Shown here in pieces: positions 61,844 to 64,000 of a stretch of 64,000 nt of DNA (its first letter is position 1; each line of letters opens with the position of its first letter). The notes beneath the pieces were generated by a model. The model saw only the letters and a program-made list of their open reading frames with translations. It was not told the DNA's origin and ran no database searches. The stretch covers positions 186,001 to 250,000 of the forward strand of contig JASVEC010000003.1 of assembly GCA_030770535.1 (NCBI GenBank), written 5' to 3'. The stretch comes from Batkoa obscura. Taxonomy: Eukaryota. Position numbers and translations under genes: made by a program.

Positions 61844-62689
61844 TTTCTAATAATCTATATTGAATAACTTAAAATGTTATCACGTCATTTTGCATTATTT
61901 ATAGTCGGGAGTTGATAAACATAATAAAGACGCCATATGTTTTACTTTGTAGGCGATATAGTGCATTGACCTTAATTTTATTATCAAACATATTTATGGT
62001 TATCCTGATATACTTTCAACCACATAAATATTTATTGCCTTCAAACTTGTGCTTGTTGATCTTTGAGAAATCCCAACCTATATTTGGATAATTTAAAGTT
62101 TCAAATTTTTAAAAATTTTAATTTTTAGTTTTTGTCAATAAAATTCTCAATCATTCGAACTAATTATTTGCGTCACAAATGTCAATATCCTTACATAACT
62201 AATTAAAGAAATAAAGAAGTATTTACCAAAAGCTTGAATTTAAAAAAAGAACCTGTAGAGTAGAGCTTTTTAGTACGTATAAAATTATATATACAGTGTA
62301 TTATTTAAATTTTTTAAACAACTTCAATTAAGCAAAACCTTACAGTCCTTTCTCAATTAGGATTAAACTTTAATGGTCCGACCAGTAATTAATGGTAAAC
62401 TTTTAGACTATAAATTTAATATTTTAGTTTTTTAGTACACCCTTTTTAACTAAAACTTTTATTGAGCAAGCTATAGCGCAACTGAGAAATCAGAAATAAA
62501 ATTGTCTTATGATGATATAAGATAATCTCTAAAAAAATATAAAGTTTTTGATCAAAAAAAGGGAGATAATTGGCTACCATATTAATTTATTTTTTGGATT
62601 TCTTCCTCTAAATCAAGGATTATTTTACTATTAATAATTTTTTCTGTTGCAATTCTTTGCTCTTACATACCTTTAATCAAAAAATCTTA

Positions 62690-62980
62690 AATTTTTTTAT
62701 CAAAAGCTTTATTCATTTAGAATAAGATAAGACTAAGTGATTGAAGGTGGAAAAAAAGCCCAATAAAAGAAAACTATCTAGAAAAGACCTTTATTGAGGT
62801 GAAAAAGAAACAATGGAGGAAGAAAGAACGCTGGGAGGAACCGGAACACTTGGCTTTATAAAAGAGTTAGAGGCGGCTTCTTCAGACCACTTGGTGCCAA
62901 CTCCCTGAGAAAGATTTAGATCCCATTTCTGGTGAGCTCCTGAGCTACGACAAAGTACCTCCCACTTAGGAGAAAAAATC
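62690..62980 (-). mobile_element. Possible non-LTR retrotransposon 3' fragment
   Basis: GC-richer island with an open minus frame FSPKWEVLCRSSGAHQKWDL...SFSPQ*, then a pyrimidine-rich stretch, AATAAA and an A-run. Confidence 0.3.
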
Positions 62981-63633
62981 TTAGACTATTTTACAAATTA
63001 CCTTATATTTGGGACTTTTTAATTAACTTTTATAAGAGTTTCAAAAATAATCTACCTTTTTGAGCTTTAATATTAAAGTCATTGTTTCAACAGCAAATAT
63101 TTCTTGTCTAAAAGCAAAATGATTTTATGGTGAAAAAATTATAATTCTATGCTCTAATCAGATTGGATTTGTCTAAAAGTTAGGTTTTTTAAAGGTTATA
63201 GCAGTTTTTTTACATCACAGATATGGCAATAAAAAAAATAAACAAACTGAAGTAAAAAGATTATTATCAAGTTTCTCTTTAGTTTTTTTTACTACTATAA
63301 CTGTGATATAAAAAATTACTGTACATTGTAATAGATATCTCATGTTTTTAGAAAACAAAAATTTATTAACTGCAGAAGTAAAATTATTTATAAAAGGCAT
63401 TACTGTGGGAGTTCAGTACTGTTGTTACTTTAATTTTGTTGAAACAAAAAAACATCTGGGAATGTCTTTTTTATTTGATATTTTATCTACTTTTATGCAT
63501 AAAAAAGCAGGAATTTCAATAAAATAGCTTATGAAAAAACACCGTTAAACGGAATAGTTTAATAGATTCTGTCTATTCATTGAACTAATTTAAGTGATCT
63601 GTTAGCTCAATTACAGTAAAAAAAAGCATGTCT

Positions 63634-63740
63634 ATATGAGGGTGTTTTTTTTGACTTCATTATTTTTTCCATTTTTTAAGCGCTATTTCAGCAGAAAGAT
63701 TGTTAGTAAAATTCTTAAACAAAAAAATACATCCCCATAT
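63634..63740 (+). mobile_element. ~105-bp MITE family copy 10
   Basis: ATATGAGGGTGTTTTTTTTGACTTC...AAAAAAATACATCCCCATAT. Confidence 0.9.
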
Positions 63741-63938
63741 CTAAAAAACATTTGAGGTAAAATTTTATAATTTTAAGGTGGAAATCTAAAATTGCTTATA
63801 CCAATCTTGGTTTTTTAGTCTTGTATTTTACTTTGGGTTAAAAACCATTACCTATATATTGAATTAAAAACTACCACTAAAAAACATTATTAACTAACAA
63901 AATTTTATTTAATTTTTTTAATACTGCAATTACAAGTT

Positions 63939-64000
63939 ATATGGAGGTGTATTTTTTGTCTAAAAATTTTACTGATAGCCTTTCCACTCAAGTAGCGCTT
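63939..64000 (-). mobile_element. ~105-bp MITE family copy 11 (cut by the window end)
   Basis: ATATGGAGGTGTATTTTTTGTCTAAAAATTTTACTGATAGCCTTTCCACTCAAGTAGCGCTT. Confidence 0.85.

Overview
This is a very AT-rich eukaryotic window with short (about 45-90 nt) GT-AG introns. Gene content and style fit an early-diverging fungus (Zoopagomycota/Entomophthoromycotina is a guess, not shown). Housekeeping genes: an SR protein, THOC1/HPR1, ALG1, NOP4, LTN1/RKR1, a LisH-WD40 protein and a 2OG-Fe(II) dioxygenase. Accessory-looking content: (i) a divergent pair of small secreted proteins, one of which is a two-exon gene missed by the ORF track; (ii) an intronless MFS transporter with bacterial-type motifs; (iii) two ASCC1/AKAP7-like 2H-phosphoesterase paralogs with complementary domain losses, flanking a bromodomain-less Yta7/ATAD2-like AAA ATPase; (iv) five PAF-acetylhydrolase-like paralogs (four intact, one pseudogene); (v) a P5-type ATPase with a signal peptide and Cys-rich ectodomain; (vi) a 1681-aa secreted protein with three repeat systems, including about 650 aa of Gly-X-Asn repeats. 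Mobile DNA: 11 copies of a ~105-bp MITE (one at the start codon of the PAF-AH pseudogene, one inside a decayed hemerythrin-like gene, one split by a 464-bp TG...CA solo-LTR-like insert), a 674-bp TA-flanked TIR element and two probable LINE 3' ends. No rRNA, tRNA or CRISPR was found. All family assignments come from motifs read by eye, without database searches.
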